Part shown: positions 17,527-26,528 of the stretch, in pieces
Layout of the letters: each line of letters starts with the position of its first letter
How positions within the stretch are numbered: position 1 is the first letter of the stretch
Assembly: GCA_019358935.1 (NCBI GenBank)
Contig: JAHHIK010000113.1
Coordinates: 1-26,660 of the forward strand
Reading direction: 5' to 3'
Origin: Tolypothrix carrinoi HA7290-LM1
GTDB taxonomy: Bacteria > Cyanobacteriota > Cyanobacteriia > Cyanobacteriales > Nostocaceae
DNA: 26,660 nucleotides
Made by a program: the position numbers and the translations under genes
Notes under the pieces: generated by a model
Database searches by the model: none
Seen by the model: the letters and a program-made list of their open reading frames with translations, nothing else
What the model was told of the DNA's origin: nothing

Positions 17527-18711
17527 ATGTACTATTCAGACCATCAGCAAGTTGTTTATCTTCCCCCAGATCAACTAGTTGTTCATCCAAGGTTAATAGA
17601 AATTTACGGTGAAAATGAGAATCGTCCTCTATTGTCATCGAGTATCCGGCGTGAGATGAGGATTATTGTTCCTCTACAGGTTTCAGCGCGTACAGGTGTA
17701 AATGTAGTACTTTCGGGTAAGTGTCGGTTGCAGATAGCCAAACAACTTGGTTTTGCGACTGTTCCAGTATCTTTTGGTGAATATTCAAGCTCAGAAGAGG
17801 AGCTGAACGCTCTATACGATTTGAATATTCATCGAGAAGAAAAAACCCACTTCCAAAAGTTTCAGGAGGGTACTTACTGGGAACCCAAGCTTAAGCTCAA
17901 GGCCAAAGAGCGACAACAGGAAAATGCTCGTCGGCTAAACGAGCGCAAGCAATCAACGAAGTATTCAAATTTGAATACTTCGTTAACTGATAATAATTAT
18001 CAACAAGCAGAATTGCCAGTCATAAAAGATGTGGCGGGGAAAGTAAAGCTCAGTGTTGGTAGTTACCACAAAGGCAAAAAAGTATATGAGTTTATTTCTC
18101 AATTAACAGAACAAGGCAAACTACGTTCGGCAGAAGCGTTGCGACAGGAACTTAACCGTTCTATTGACGCGGCTTACAAATTTATATGTGACGATAGTCG
18201 GGACAAGGTATTAAATGTGATTGAGAGCAGTGAGGTAAATACTATTCGAGAAGGTTTAGGACTTGTGCGTACAGGTTCTCGTAACCCATTTAGAAAGTTT
18301 GAAGTTGGGCAGGTTTACCAATTTAAGAAGGAACAACGATCGGGTTTAGAAAGGTCTGGTCGAGTGATTAAAATTACTAACGAGTTTATTGAGTTTGGTT
18401 TTCGGAATTTTAAAAATAACTATTTGGAGACTATGAGTCTTAGGCCTCAGAACGTTGATGCCACATTACAGGAGGAGCCTTCAATGCAAGAGAGAGAGCG
18501 AATATTTCGGTTATTAGAAAAACTTGGGTCAATTTACCCCGTGCAAGTCTCGCTAACCCAAATGCTGAATTTTCCTCATTTGACACTGGAAGAGGAGCGG
18601 TATTTGACATTTCTGGAAATCGGCAAGCTTGAAGAGATGATTGACCAGCGCAAAATTGAATTTGGAATTCAAGCTAGAAATGAAAACACTGGGGATTTTC
18701 GTGCTGCATAG
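17527..18711 (+). CDS. ParB/Srx-like N-terminal domain protein with central HTH and uncharacterised C-terminal domain
   Basis: LVVHPRLIEIYG...LSSSIRRE..IIVPLQV...VVLSGKCRLQIAKQLGFATVPV...NIHREEKT, and HTH-like IKDVAGKVKLSVGSYHKGKKV. Confidence 0.8.
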   Translation: MYYSDHQQVVYLPPDQLVVHPRLIEIYGENENRPLLSSSIRREMRIIVPLQVSARTGVNVVLSGKCRLQIAKQLGFATVPVSFGEYSSSEEELNALYDLNIHREEKTHFQKFQEGTYWEPKLKLKAKERQQENARRLNERKQSTKYSNLNTSLTDNNYQQAELPVIKDVAGKVKLSVGSYHKGKKVYEFISQLTEQGKLRSAEALRQELNRSIDAAYKFICDDSRDKVLNVIESSEVNTIREGLGLVRTGSRNPFRKFEVGQVYQFKKEQRSGLERSGRVIKITNEFIEFGFRNFKNNYLETMSLRPQNVDATLQEEPSMQERERIFRLLEKLGSIYPVQVSLTQMLNFPHLTLEEERYLTFLEIGKLEEMIDQRKIEFGIQARNENTGDFRAA

Positions 18712-18715
18712 GATC

Positions 18716-21700
18716 ATGATAAAATATATCCCCACCTCCCGTAATAATCCTTGTCCTGTTTGTGGTGATACTAGCAGGCGCTGCCGTCACTTAAGCGATA
18801 GTCCTGACACCGTGTTGTGCATGACCGCGACGGATGCGAATGGCGCACCTCTTGGTTGGCAGTTTCTCAAACTTACCAGTAATGGTTTGTGGGGAATAGT
18901 ACGGCGCGACTTAGGAGATATAGATGAAACTTCTCGTCGGGAGTGGGCAGAACGTTGGCGGAGTATGCGTATTGAACGCCTGCAACAAGAAAAAGCTCAT
19001 CATGCTGCCAGCCTTTGTGAAGGCGATCGCGATACGCAAATTCGAGATATTCTTGGGCAACTAGGGTTATCTTCCCACCACCAAGAGGATTTGAAGCGTC
19101 GAGGATTAAATGATGAGTTAATAGCCGTCGGTTTGTTTAAATCGGTTGAGCAATGGCAAAAACTCGATCTTGAGGTTTCGTATAGATTAGCGGGTGTTGC
19201 CCTTGGTGGACGGTCATTAATTACTCCCCAGTCAGGTTATCTATGCCCGGTGTGGAATCCTCTTGGACAAATTGTTGGTTGGCAGTTGCGAGTTGATAAC
19301 GATTCACTTGAAGATGTTCCCAAGTACTTATGGGCGACTTCGCGCACACGTAAACGCCCTCAGGGTGCAACTGTTCACCTGAAGAACGGCGAATTGCCCC
19401 TTACGTTTTGTACTCCTGCTAACGATGTACATCCCTTCACTCAATATATTGGAATTGCCGAGGGTATTCTTAAGCCCTGGATTATCGCCCAATTGCGAAC
19501 CCAAATAACTATTGGTGCGGCTGGTGGTAACTTTGCGGGTAGTCCTGAAACTCTTAAAAGGTATCTTACTGCTGCAAAGGAGAGGTTGGGTGGTACTCAA
19601 GATGTGCTTTTATGGGCGGATGCGGGTGCGATCGCAAATAAAAATGTCATGCGTCAGTACCGCCGTACTTATGAGTTAGTTACCCGGTGGGGTTACACTT
19701 TACGAGTTGCTTGGTACGGACAGCTTGATAAATCTTGTGCTGACCCCGATGAGTATACTGGTGAGTACGAGTTGCTCGACTATGCGCAGTTTGAGAGTTT
19801 ATCGCGCAATCCCCTTCGGCTTTGGGATGATGTTACTTATCAGTTAAATAAAATTAAGCGTCTTTTACCTCCAGGGCGCGGGTTTGCGCGACGGGTGAGA
19901 CGAAGAGTCCAACGTTCGGCTCCACAGGCGATATTGGTATATACCCCAACAGATTTACCTACCCCCGAGCAGTATAAAAAATTGGGCTGTCCTAAGATTA
20001 TTTATTTGGGTGACGAAAGAGTAAGTATTTGGAAAGAAGCTGTCGAATTGGGCTGGCAGCATATCTTGGATAAATCTGCACCGGGGTTAGGGAAATCTCA
20101 CACCGCCGGGAGCATGACGGCAAAAGAATTTGAAAGTCGCCAGTTGTGGTATCTTGCCTGCGATCATCGCAATCCGACTACTTTAACAGTTGAAACTAAC
20201 TTTGTTGATTTACACCCTCGGCATAGTGGGTTTGCTCGTGATACTACTCGACTGACACCGCTTGGACAACCTTTTTTGGTTCATCCAAATAGCTTAGAAG
20301 ATTTTGCTACCACTCCTGGTAACTGTCACCGTGCGAGTATGTTCCGTATGTTCGCCGCGAAAAATATTAACTGCATTGAAGAATCATCCAACCCGATTTG
20401 TCTTAGCTGCCACAAAAATAATGCTTGCCGCAATAGTATAGGACTAGGATTTGGTTATCGTAAACAACGACATTCTGTCCTTCAATACCCTCAAGTAAGA
20501 GCGCATCCAGACAGTCTTCCTTCTCCAGAAGATTACAAATTTTCTGATTGTGGAATTTTTTGGGATGAGGCTTCACAGATAATGCGATGCAAAGACAAAA
20601 TCTCAGTTACCATAAGCGATTTTAATCAAACGGTGGGGGAATTATCCCTAGTAGCGCCATCCTTGTATGAGAAATTGAAAACAATTTTTGAGCTGTTGCG
20701 CTTAAAGTTGTGGGGTGATACTTACGGTCAAGGTTCTGTATCTAAGAGTGATACTCTCCCACCCGAGCCTACTCGTTATGGCTATAACGATACTACCATT
20801 CGCCAACTACTGGGTACGCCACCAGATGATTTAACTGATATTATCAATCAATTGGTAGTCAAACTTTCCCCCAACTTGAAGTTTTTAGCCCAAGGTGCGG
20901 ATAGTGTAGATGCGAGTGTTCGTACCAAAGCAGAACGTGCTACTTTTAGGCGAATAAATAAACTATTGCGCTCTACTGCGAATCTCGAGATTAAACAAGC
21001 TCTTGAGGTAGTACCTCTTAATTGGTTAGTCCCACTGTTAGAAGTTTGGGGAAGGTATTTTCGTGGGGCAATGCATTTTGATAAAGGTGTACTGGTAATT
21101 CACCAGGAGGATACACGTCATCGGGATGTGGCGAAAGCCGCACGGTACAATATTTATTTGGACGGTACCTTAGATGTGCGGTATCTTGCTCTCAAGTTGG
21201 GTGTGGAAGTTGAGGATGTTCTTGTAATTGAGCAGGTTACTCCTCAATATGAAAATTTAACGGTGGTGCAAATCACCGACATGGGTGTTTTGGGACGCGA
21301 TCGCCGCGAGTCGATGCACCAACGTCTGGCCGCACTGCGATCCCAAATCGAAAAGTTATCACCGGGAGTAGCATTTATCGAACGCAAGAGCTACGCTCAA
21401 CCGGGAGATGGATATCACTTTCGGGATGGTAGGGGAGTTAACCGTTTTGCGGGTGCGACTGCTGTTGCTTCCGTTGGCATACCATACCCAAATATTGGAC
21501 AGTTGGCAGCCGAGTACCAAGTATTGACTGGCGTCGTGCCGGATATATCAGTTGAGGAATCCCCCTTAAGAGAAGAAAACCTGGCGGCGGCAAAGTTCCC
21601 TGACATTGACTTCCAAGAATTTGTTGATGGTTTAGTTAGTGCTGAAATTCTCCAAGAAGTCGGTCGTTTACGATCGCACCTGCGTCCTAAAGAGAAATTA

Positions 21701-22336
21701 ATCTATTACTTTGTTGGGGATTTTGATGTGAGGTTCCTGCAAGAGGAATTACCAGGGTGCAAGTTTCAAAGGGTGCGGGCAATTGAGATAGATTGGCGGG
21801 CTGCCCCCTGTTGTGAACAAACCAAATTTGCTTTAATCAAGGCGATTGGCAAACATATATTATCGGGGAATGAAAAACCGACGCAGCAGGATGTCGTTAA
21901 TGAAATTGCGGCGGTGTTACCGAAAGAGAAGGTAATCAAACAGCCTCGGGTAAGCCAGATTGCAGCTGGGATAATTATCGGAGGATGGGCTAAACTGCTT
22001 GGAGCGGTAGCATCCATACTCGCTTCATTGCTGGAGTCTAATTCTATTCCAGACGTTGATGACGATCAAGCTTGGGTTGACTTGGTGTACTTACCCTTGG
22101 TAGCTCAAGAAACACCGCTTTTACCTGTTGTTAACTTAGTCCAGACAGCCTCTATCGTTGGTAATTGCTTCAAAGTGATACTCCAGCACGTTGCATTTAA
22201 TGTGCGAAAGGCTCTGCTGCTGCCCCAGAGGCAATCGCAATTGTTAGAACGCGCCTTTAGTATCATGGCACATATTATTACGGGTATGGCGTGGATAATT
22301 GAGCAGTTTACTTCTTTATTAGATGATAGTTCTTAA
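18716..22336 (+). CDS. Putative plasmid replication protein: Zn-finger + TOPRIM-like primase + SF2-like helicase
   Basis: CPVCG...C...C at the N-terminus, AEGILKP, IGAAGG, WADAG, DPDE, Walker A APGLGKS (20078-20098), Walker B FWDEA and motif VI-like QEVGRLR. ATG 18716 lies 4 bp after the parB-like stop. Confidence 0.8.
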   Translation: MIKYIPTSRNNPCPVCGDTSRRCRHLSDSPDTVLCMTATDANGAPLGWQFLKLTSNGLWGIVRRDLGDIDETSRREWAERWRSMRIERLQQEKAHHAASLCEGDRDTQIRDILGQLGLSSHHQEDLKRRGLNDELIAVGLFKSVEQWQKLDLEVSYRLAGVALGGRSLITPQSGYLCPVWNPLGQIVGWQLRVDNDSLEDVPKYLWATSRTRKRPQGATVHLKNGELPLTFCTPANDVHPFTQYIGIAEGILKPWIIAQLRTQITIGAAGGNFAGSPETLKRYLTAAKERLGGTQDVLLWADAGAIANKNVMRQYRRTYELVTRWGYTLRVAWYGQLDKSCADPDEYTGEYELLDYAQFESLSRNPLRLWDDVTYQLNKIKRLLPPGRGFARRVRRRVQRSAPQAILVYTPTDLPTPEQYKKLGCPKIIYLGDERVSIWKEAVELGWQHILDKSAPGLGKSHTAGSMTAKEFESRQLWYLACDHRNPTTLTVETNFVDLHPRHSGFARDTTRLTPLGQPFLVHPNSLEDFATTPGNCHRASMFRMFAAKNINCIEESSNPICLSCHKNNACRNSIGLGFGYRKQRHSVLQYPQVRAHPDSLPSPEDYKFSDCGIFWDEASQIMRCKDKISVTISDFNQTVGELSLVAPSLYEKLKTIFELLRLKLWGDTYGQGSVSKSDTLPPEPTRYGYNDTTIRQLLGTPPDDLTDIINQLVVKLSPNLKFLAQGADSVDASVRTKAERATFRRINKLLRSTANLEIKQALEVVPLNWLVPLLEVWGRYFRGAMHFDKGVLVIHQEDTRHRDVAKAARYNIYLDGTLDVRYLALKLGVEVEDVLVIEQVTPQYENLTVVQITDMGVLGRDRRESMHQRLAALRSQIEKLSPGVAFIERKSYAQPGDGYHFRDGRGVNRFAGATAVASVGIPYPNIGQLAAEYQVLTGVVPDISVEESPLREENLAAAKFPDIDFQEFVDGLVSAEILQEVGRLRSHLRPKEKLIYYFVGDFDVRFLQEELPGCKFQRVRAIEIDWRAAPCCEQTKFALIKAIGKHILSGNEKPTQQDVVNEIAAVLPKEKVIKQPRVSQIAAGIIIGGWAKLLGAVASILASLLESNSIPDVDDDQAWVDLVYLPLVAQETPLLPVVNLVQTASIVGNCFKVILQHVAFNVRKALLLPQRQSQLLERAFSIMAHIITGMAWIIEQFTSLLDDSS

Positions 22337-22353
22337 ATCAATCGCTAATCGTA

Positions 22354-22576
22354 CTCAGTCTGAGCTTATTTTTTCAGATGCAACCTATTGGTTGAATCTG
22401 GCAATACGGATTGCATATTAACTCAAAATTTAGCTATATTAAGGTATTTTCAACCCAGCAGTTCGCATGAGAACTGAAAATTTCCTACCAAACTTTATAA
22501 AGTTAAATTCTCCGTTTCTGCCTCCCGTATGAGAGCTTGAATGTAAGTAAGCTGTTGTGCATTAATAATACACAAC
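22354..22576. repeat. Cluster of short inverted repeats immediately downstream of the replication gene
   Basis: Inverted repeats at 22354-64, 22375-400, 22401-14, 22459-76, 22491-504, 22534-53 and 22554-76. Confidence 0.7.
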
Positions 22577-23276
22577 TTATCAGGGATGCTAGGGGTTCAA
22601 GTGAAGTGGGTTGGGGAAGAGGTTGCTGTGGGCAGTTTTCCCTAACCACTTCGCACTTCTTGTTGGGAACTTCCGCACGAATTGTGGCTCAATTTATAGA
22701 TGCACTTGTAGGGCGGCGCACCCGTTAAGTGGAACCATTGCGTTGGGGAGTGCTAACCATGTGGGAGAGTTAGCTCGCTCTTACGTTGACTGGTTTTAGG
22801 CAATGCCCTCAACTCTTGCAACTGGTGTGCAACTGTCTGTTGAGATGAACTTGTCGAGTTCCCTTTAGGAAGGCTTCTGCCATACAACTAACTGTTGGGA
22901 AAATAGGACATGGGGAAAGAATAATTTTTCTACTAGTTGACAAAATGTAGCGTTATTAAATGTGTGACAGCCAACTAAGAATTTCATCCTTTTTCACTTA
23001 ATATTTTACTCTCTACAATTTTTAAGCTTTGTACAAATTGACATTTTAAAACATAACCATTGCTGGCTTAAAATTATTAGTTTTGTATTTATATATATAT
23101 AACTAAATTAATACAATAAAACGTTTACAGAAAAAAACAAGAGATTATAAACTTATTTGTTATTTGTGAAATGGCAACACGAAATCACAACTGGCAAAGT
23201 ACGTGTATTTTTTATAGATGGCTGTCATTTTCTTTGGGGCAATATTTGTAGTTATGTCTTTTGTTGTTGATTACTT

Positions 23277-23305
23277 AAAATAAAAGCCAGTGCCCAAACA
23301 CTGGC
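23277..23305 (-). terminator. Intrinsic terminator-like hairpin on the minus strand
   Basis: Minus strand GCCAGTG-TTTGGG-CACTGGC-TTTTATTTT. Confidence 0.5.
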
Positions 23306-23563
23306 GTACACCAATTTATATTTATGAATGTTCGCATGATTTTGAAATGTCAAGCTCCTGTATACTTTGTTAATGTTCGGATCCTTTTAGTCTCAACTCC
23401 ATTTAGTTTTCAAGCGGTGGTAAATAACTTGAAGAACTATCTTGCTTTAGAAATATAACTTGAGTTATTAATTTAATCAGAATTTTGTTAGTTTTCATAT
23501 CTTGTCTAGTTGTGCATACTGGAAATTGATTCTAATAAAACCAAATGCACTAATGATTAAAAG

Positions 23564-24547
23564 ATGGATAATTTATGGTCGTTGCAGGTAGTTAAATTTG
23601 AGCAAAACTCAATTAGGCTGCTGAACATTGATACTGGAGTTGAGTTTTTTGCAGAAGACATATTCGTGCTTGTTTGTCCTGTGGCAAGTGTTTTAGATAT
23701 AGCTACCTATATTGCAGACTTGCCACCAAAACTTCGGCGAAGGCGATACGTACAATCTGAAAATAATGAAATACGGGAAGTTGATACTTTATGCTGGTTG
23801 GCTCTTAAGTATGTTTTTAATATATTTGCTTATCAGCGTCAACGTGAATTTGTTCGCTGGTTGCGTAAGGATATTGCTAAGAAGTTTGGTGATAGACAAA
23901 AGTGTAATCTAGTTAAATCAAAGTCTGCTACACACTCCTCGGGCTTAGAATTAGTAGTAACCAAGCTTAATTCTTTACACTGGTTTAATTCAGTTAATAA
24001 TACTCAGCTTGATGCGCTTTCTACAATGTATTTGCAGTCTGAGTTTTCATTTTTTAGCGCACCGCCTATGTTATTACCAGCTATTAAGATGTATTTAGAT
24101 AATACAAATTTAAGCAGTAACTTTGATAAGTCGATTACACAAACTACTTATTTGAATTTTTTGTATAAAAAAGTTGACATACCGCAATTGACGGCAACTG
24201 TTGAAGTTAATTTGCTCAATCAATTATCGCGTAAATGTTATCTAAGCTGTTGTCAACTAATTATGGAAAATGAAAATATCTCATATTACGATTTGTATCA
24301 ATCCTTCGTAAGTAATGCTAATGATTTGCTTTTAGCTCAGGAACTCGATGTAACGATAGTTTTTCATTATTCAGCCAAAGCTTTACCATTTTCTATTTGT
24401 AATGTCCTAAAAGGAGGGATTTTTTTACAAGCTTTAGAGTTGTGTGGTACACATCAAATTTTTTATATTCAAGCAGTTCTTAATTTGAAATTAGCTTATC
24501 TTACTTGGTTGATTAAATTGGCAAATAAAATACTTGTGTTCGTTTAA
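23564..24547 (+). CDS. Hypothetical protein with divergent BRO-N-like DNA-binding N-terminus
   Basis: FEQNSIRLLNIDTGVEFFAEDI...EIREVDTLCWLALKYVF...QREFVRWLRKDI follows the BRO-N pattern. The C-terminus is unrecognised. Confidence 0.6.
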   Translation: MDNLWSLQVVKFEQNSIRLLNIDTGVEFFAEDIFVLVCPVASVLDIATYIADLPPKLRRRRYVQSENNEIREVDTLCWLALKYVFNIFAYQRQREFVRWLRKDIAKKFGDRQKCNLVKSKSATHSSGLELVVTKLNSLHWFNSVNNTQLDALSTMYLQSEFSFFSAPPMLLPAIKMYLDNTNLSSNFDKSITQTTYLNFLYKKVDIPQLTATVEVNLLNQLSRKCYLSCCQLIMENENISYYDLYQSFVSNANDLLLAQELDVTIVFHYSAKALPFSICNVLKGGIFLQALELCGTHQIFYIQAVLNLKLAYLTWLIKLANKILVFV

Positions 24548-24645
24548 CTTATAAACAACTAACATAAAACCAAAGTTCTTATCTGGCTTTTTTGAGGATA
24601 GTTATGTCTGTTAGTAGAAACAAAACTGATAAAAGGAATAAAAAA

Positions 24646-25491
24646 ATGTCTAAGGCAAATAATACAAATAATAATCCAGATTATCAAAATAATCATGATA
24701 GCACTTCTCAGAATCGATTGGTAATTGTTACTGGTGATAAAGGTGGGGTAGGTAAAAGTACATTCTCTAGGGGATTGTTACAGCTATACCTTAATAAAAA
24801 TCTTCCCTGCATTGCTTATGATGCCGATAAGAGGAATCCTCAATTAAATCGTTACTTTAAGACTTCATATGAGGGTAGAGTTCGGTTTTTAGACATTTTT
24901 ACACGCGGTGGAACCGATCTACTCTTAACTGATTTAGAGTCTAATCCTTTTCCAATTGTCCTTTTAGACTTGCCTGCTCAATCTGGTGAGTTCATGGAGA
25001 ATTTTTTCAAAGAAATAGCATTTTTTGAAATGCTAGCAGATTTAGATTATCGGGCGACAATGGTATCTGTGATTAGCCGTGTACTTGACTCTGTTAATGT
25101 TTTAGAAAAACTGTACAAATTGTGTAAAAACCAAGTTGATTATGTGGTAGTCAAAAATCTATTTCATGGTGAAGAAAAAAGCTTTGAGCGTTATAATGAT
25201 TGGTCTTTACGTAAAAAAATGCTTTCTGAAGGGTTAGTTGAAATTGCTATGCCCGATCTATTTTACAAGCCGTATGATTTTATGGATCGCTATAGTTTGG
25301 CTTTTAGTGATGTGTATACCCATCCTAAATCAAATATTGTTTTTAAGGGAAGAGTTAAATCTTGGAGCGAAGATTTTGAGAAACGTGTAAAACCAGCAGC
25401 TAACCTTTTAGCCCTTGATAAATCACCATTAGATGCAAATGAAGTAAAAGAACTAGAAAAATCTACTATAGAGATCCTAAATGATTCGTAA
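24646..25491 (+). CDS. ParA/MinD-superfamily P-loop ATPase (MobD-like)
   Basis: VIVTGDKGGVGKST, YDAD, VLLDLPA, YVVVKN. Alternative starts at 24592 and 24604. Confidence 0.85.
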   Translation: MSKANNTNNNPDYQNNHDSTSQNRLVIVTGDKGGVGKSTFSRGLLQLYLNKNLPCIAYDADKRNPQLNRYFKTSYEGRVRFLDIFTRGGTDLLLTDLESNPFPIVLLDLPAQSGEFMENFFKEIAFFEMLADLDYRATMVSVISRVLDSVNVLEKLYKLCKNQVDYVVVKNLFHGEEKSFERYNDWSLRKKMLSEGLVEIAMPDLFYKPYDFMDRYSLAFSDVYTHPKSNIVFKGRVKSWSEDFEKRVKPAANLLALDKSPLDANEVKELEKSTIEILNDS

Positions 25492-25494
25492 ACA

Positions 25495-25719
25495 TGACTG
25501 TTTTGACCACTGACTGCTGAACGCCCTTCTCAATCGCGGAGATGCTGCGCGAACGGCTTGGTGCAGTCGCAAAGCGAGCCACCTGGAGTATCCCCCCGGC
25601 AGACTTTGCGCTCCCGGCACGGGTTTCCCGCCTGCAACGCTGCTTCACCAGACACCGTGAGAGTGGGATCGCCGTCATTCGTGCTGGCTCCCGTTGACTG
25701 TCAACTGTTAACAGTTAAC
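25495..25719. repeat. Composite of Nostocales-type short dispersed repeats within TGACTG/AACTG heptamer-like flanks
   Basis: GC-rich island in AT-rich DNA. Contains CTTCTC...GGAGATGCTGCGCGAACG (25526-25555), GGC-ACGGGTTTCCC-GCC and CCAG...CTGG units. Flanks TGACTG/TGACCAC/TGACTG and TGACTGTCAACTGTTAAC. Confidence 0.6.
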
Positions 25720-25772
25720 GGAACAAACGATATGTTCATAACTCAAATAGGACTGCTATAGTTAAATGAATT

Positions 25773-26528
25773 ATGCTTAGAAAGCGAGTTGTAATTACAA
25801 TTGGTGATGCTCGTGTTGGTAAATCTACAACTTCTAGATTACTGGTTGAATTGTATCTCAAGCACAATTTAAATATGCGAGTTTATTATCATGGTCATCG
25901 TAACAAATTGGATATTTATGCACAAAAAAACTTGAAGATTTGTTATTTAGGTTTTTCCCAAGGAGATTCAGATCAATTGTTGGTAGACTTGGAAATATTC
26001 TGTAACACAACAGATGTTCTTTTAACTGATATGCCAGGGCAAAATTTTCCCGAATTCAAGGTCTTTGAAAAAAGTGTGTTTTTCTTATAAAATTTAAATG
26101 CTTTGGGGTATCGTGTTACTTTTTTACATCCCTTGTCAAATCGAAAGGATTGTATTGAATATTTACGAGAGTTGTATCAGTATTTTGGCAATCAAGCGGA
26201 TTACGTTGTTTTAAAAAATTACTATTTCGGTAAAAATTTTAAGTATTATGACGGCGGGGAAGTGCAGAAGGAAATTAATGCTCTTAAGGGAATAGAGTTA
26301 GTTTTAGGTAAACTAAGCGATAATATTTATCAAGAATTAGAAGATAGTAAATTACCTTATAGTGAAGCTATTCAACCAACTTATTCTATTAATGTTATTA
26401 ACCGTTCAATTATATTTAACTGGATGAATAAGTTTCACTCCCTTGCTTCTACTAATGAAACGGCTGCTAGTTATTTGGGATTGACTATGAGTCGCGTGGA
26501 GCTATCACCCGAACAAAAAGTTTTTTAA
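25773..26528 (+). pseudogene. Second ParA/MobD-like ATPase paralog with in-frame stop
   Basis: ORFs 25773-26090 and 26103-26528 share a frame, separated by TAA at 26088-26090. Motifs GDARVGKST, LLTDMPG, LGYRVT and YVVLKN parallel the upstream ATPase. Confidence 0.8.

Larger units (their letters stand above)
571..21304. repeat. Dispersed HIP1 octamers (GCGATCGC)
   Basis: Seen at 571, 2374, 3333, 3808, 4912, 6209, 6248, 8467, 8701, 9652, 11896, 12589, 14440, 15453, 16663, 19023, 19628 and 21297 (manual count). Confidence 0.9.

Noticed and set aside
22537..22799. Short ORFs of 62-63 aa after the rep gene
   Set aside because: TTG starts, no motifs, and they lie in palindrome-rich non-coding DNA.
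25466..25761. Short ORFs between the ATPases
   Set aside because: Explained by the GC-rich repeat island.
26080..26103. Programmed readthrough or frameshifting in the second ATPase gene
   Set aside because: A plain TAA with no recognisable recoding signal. Mutation or sequencing error is simpler.
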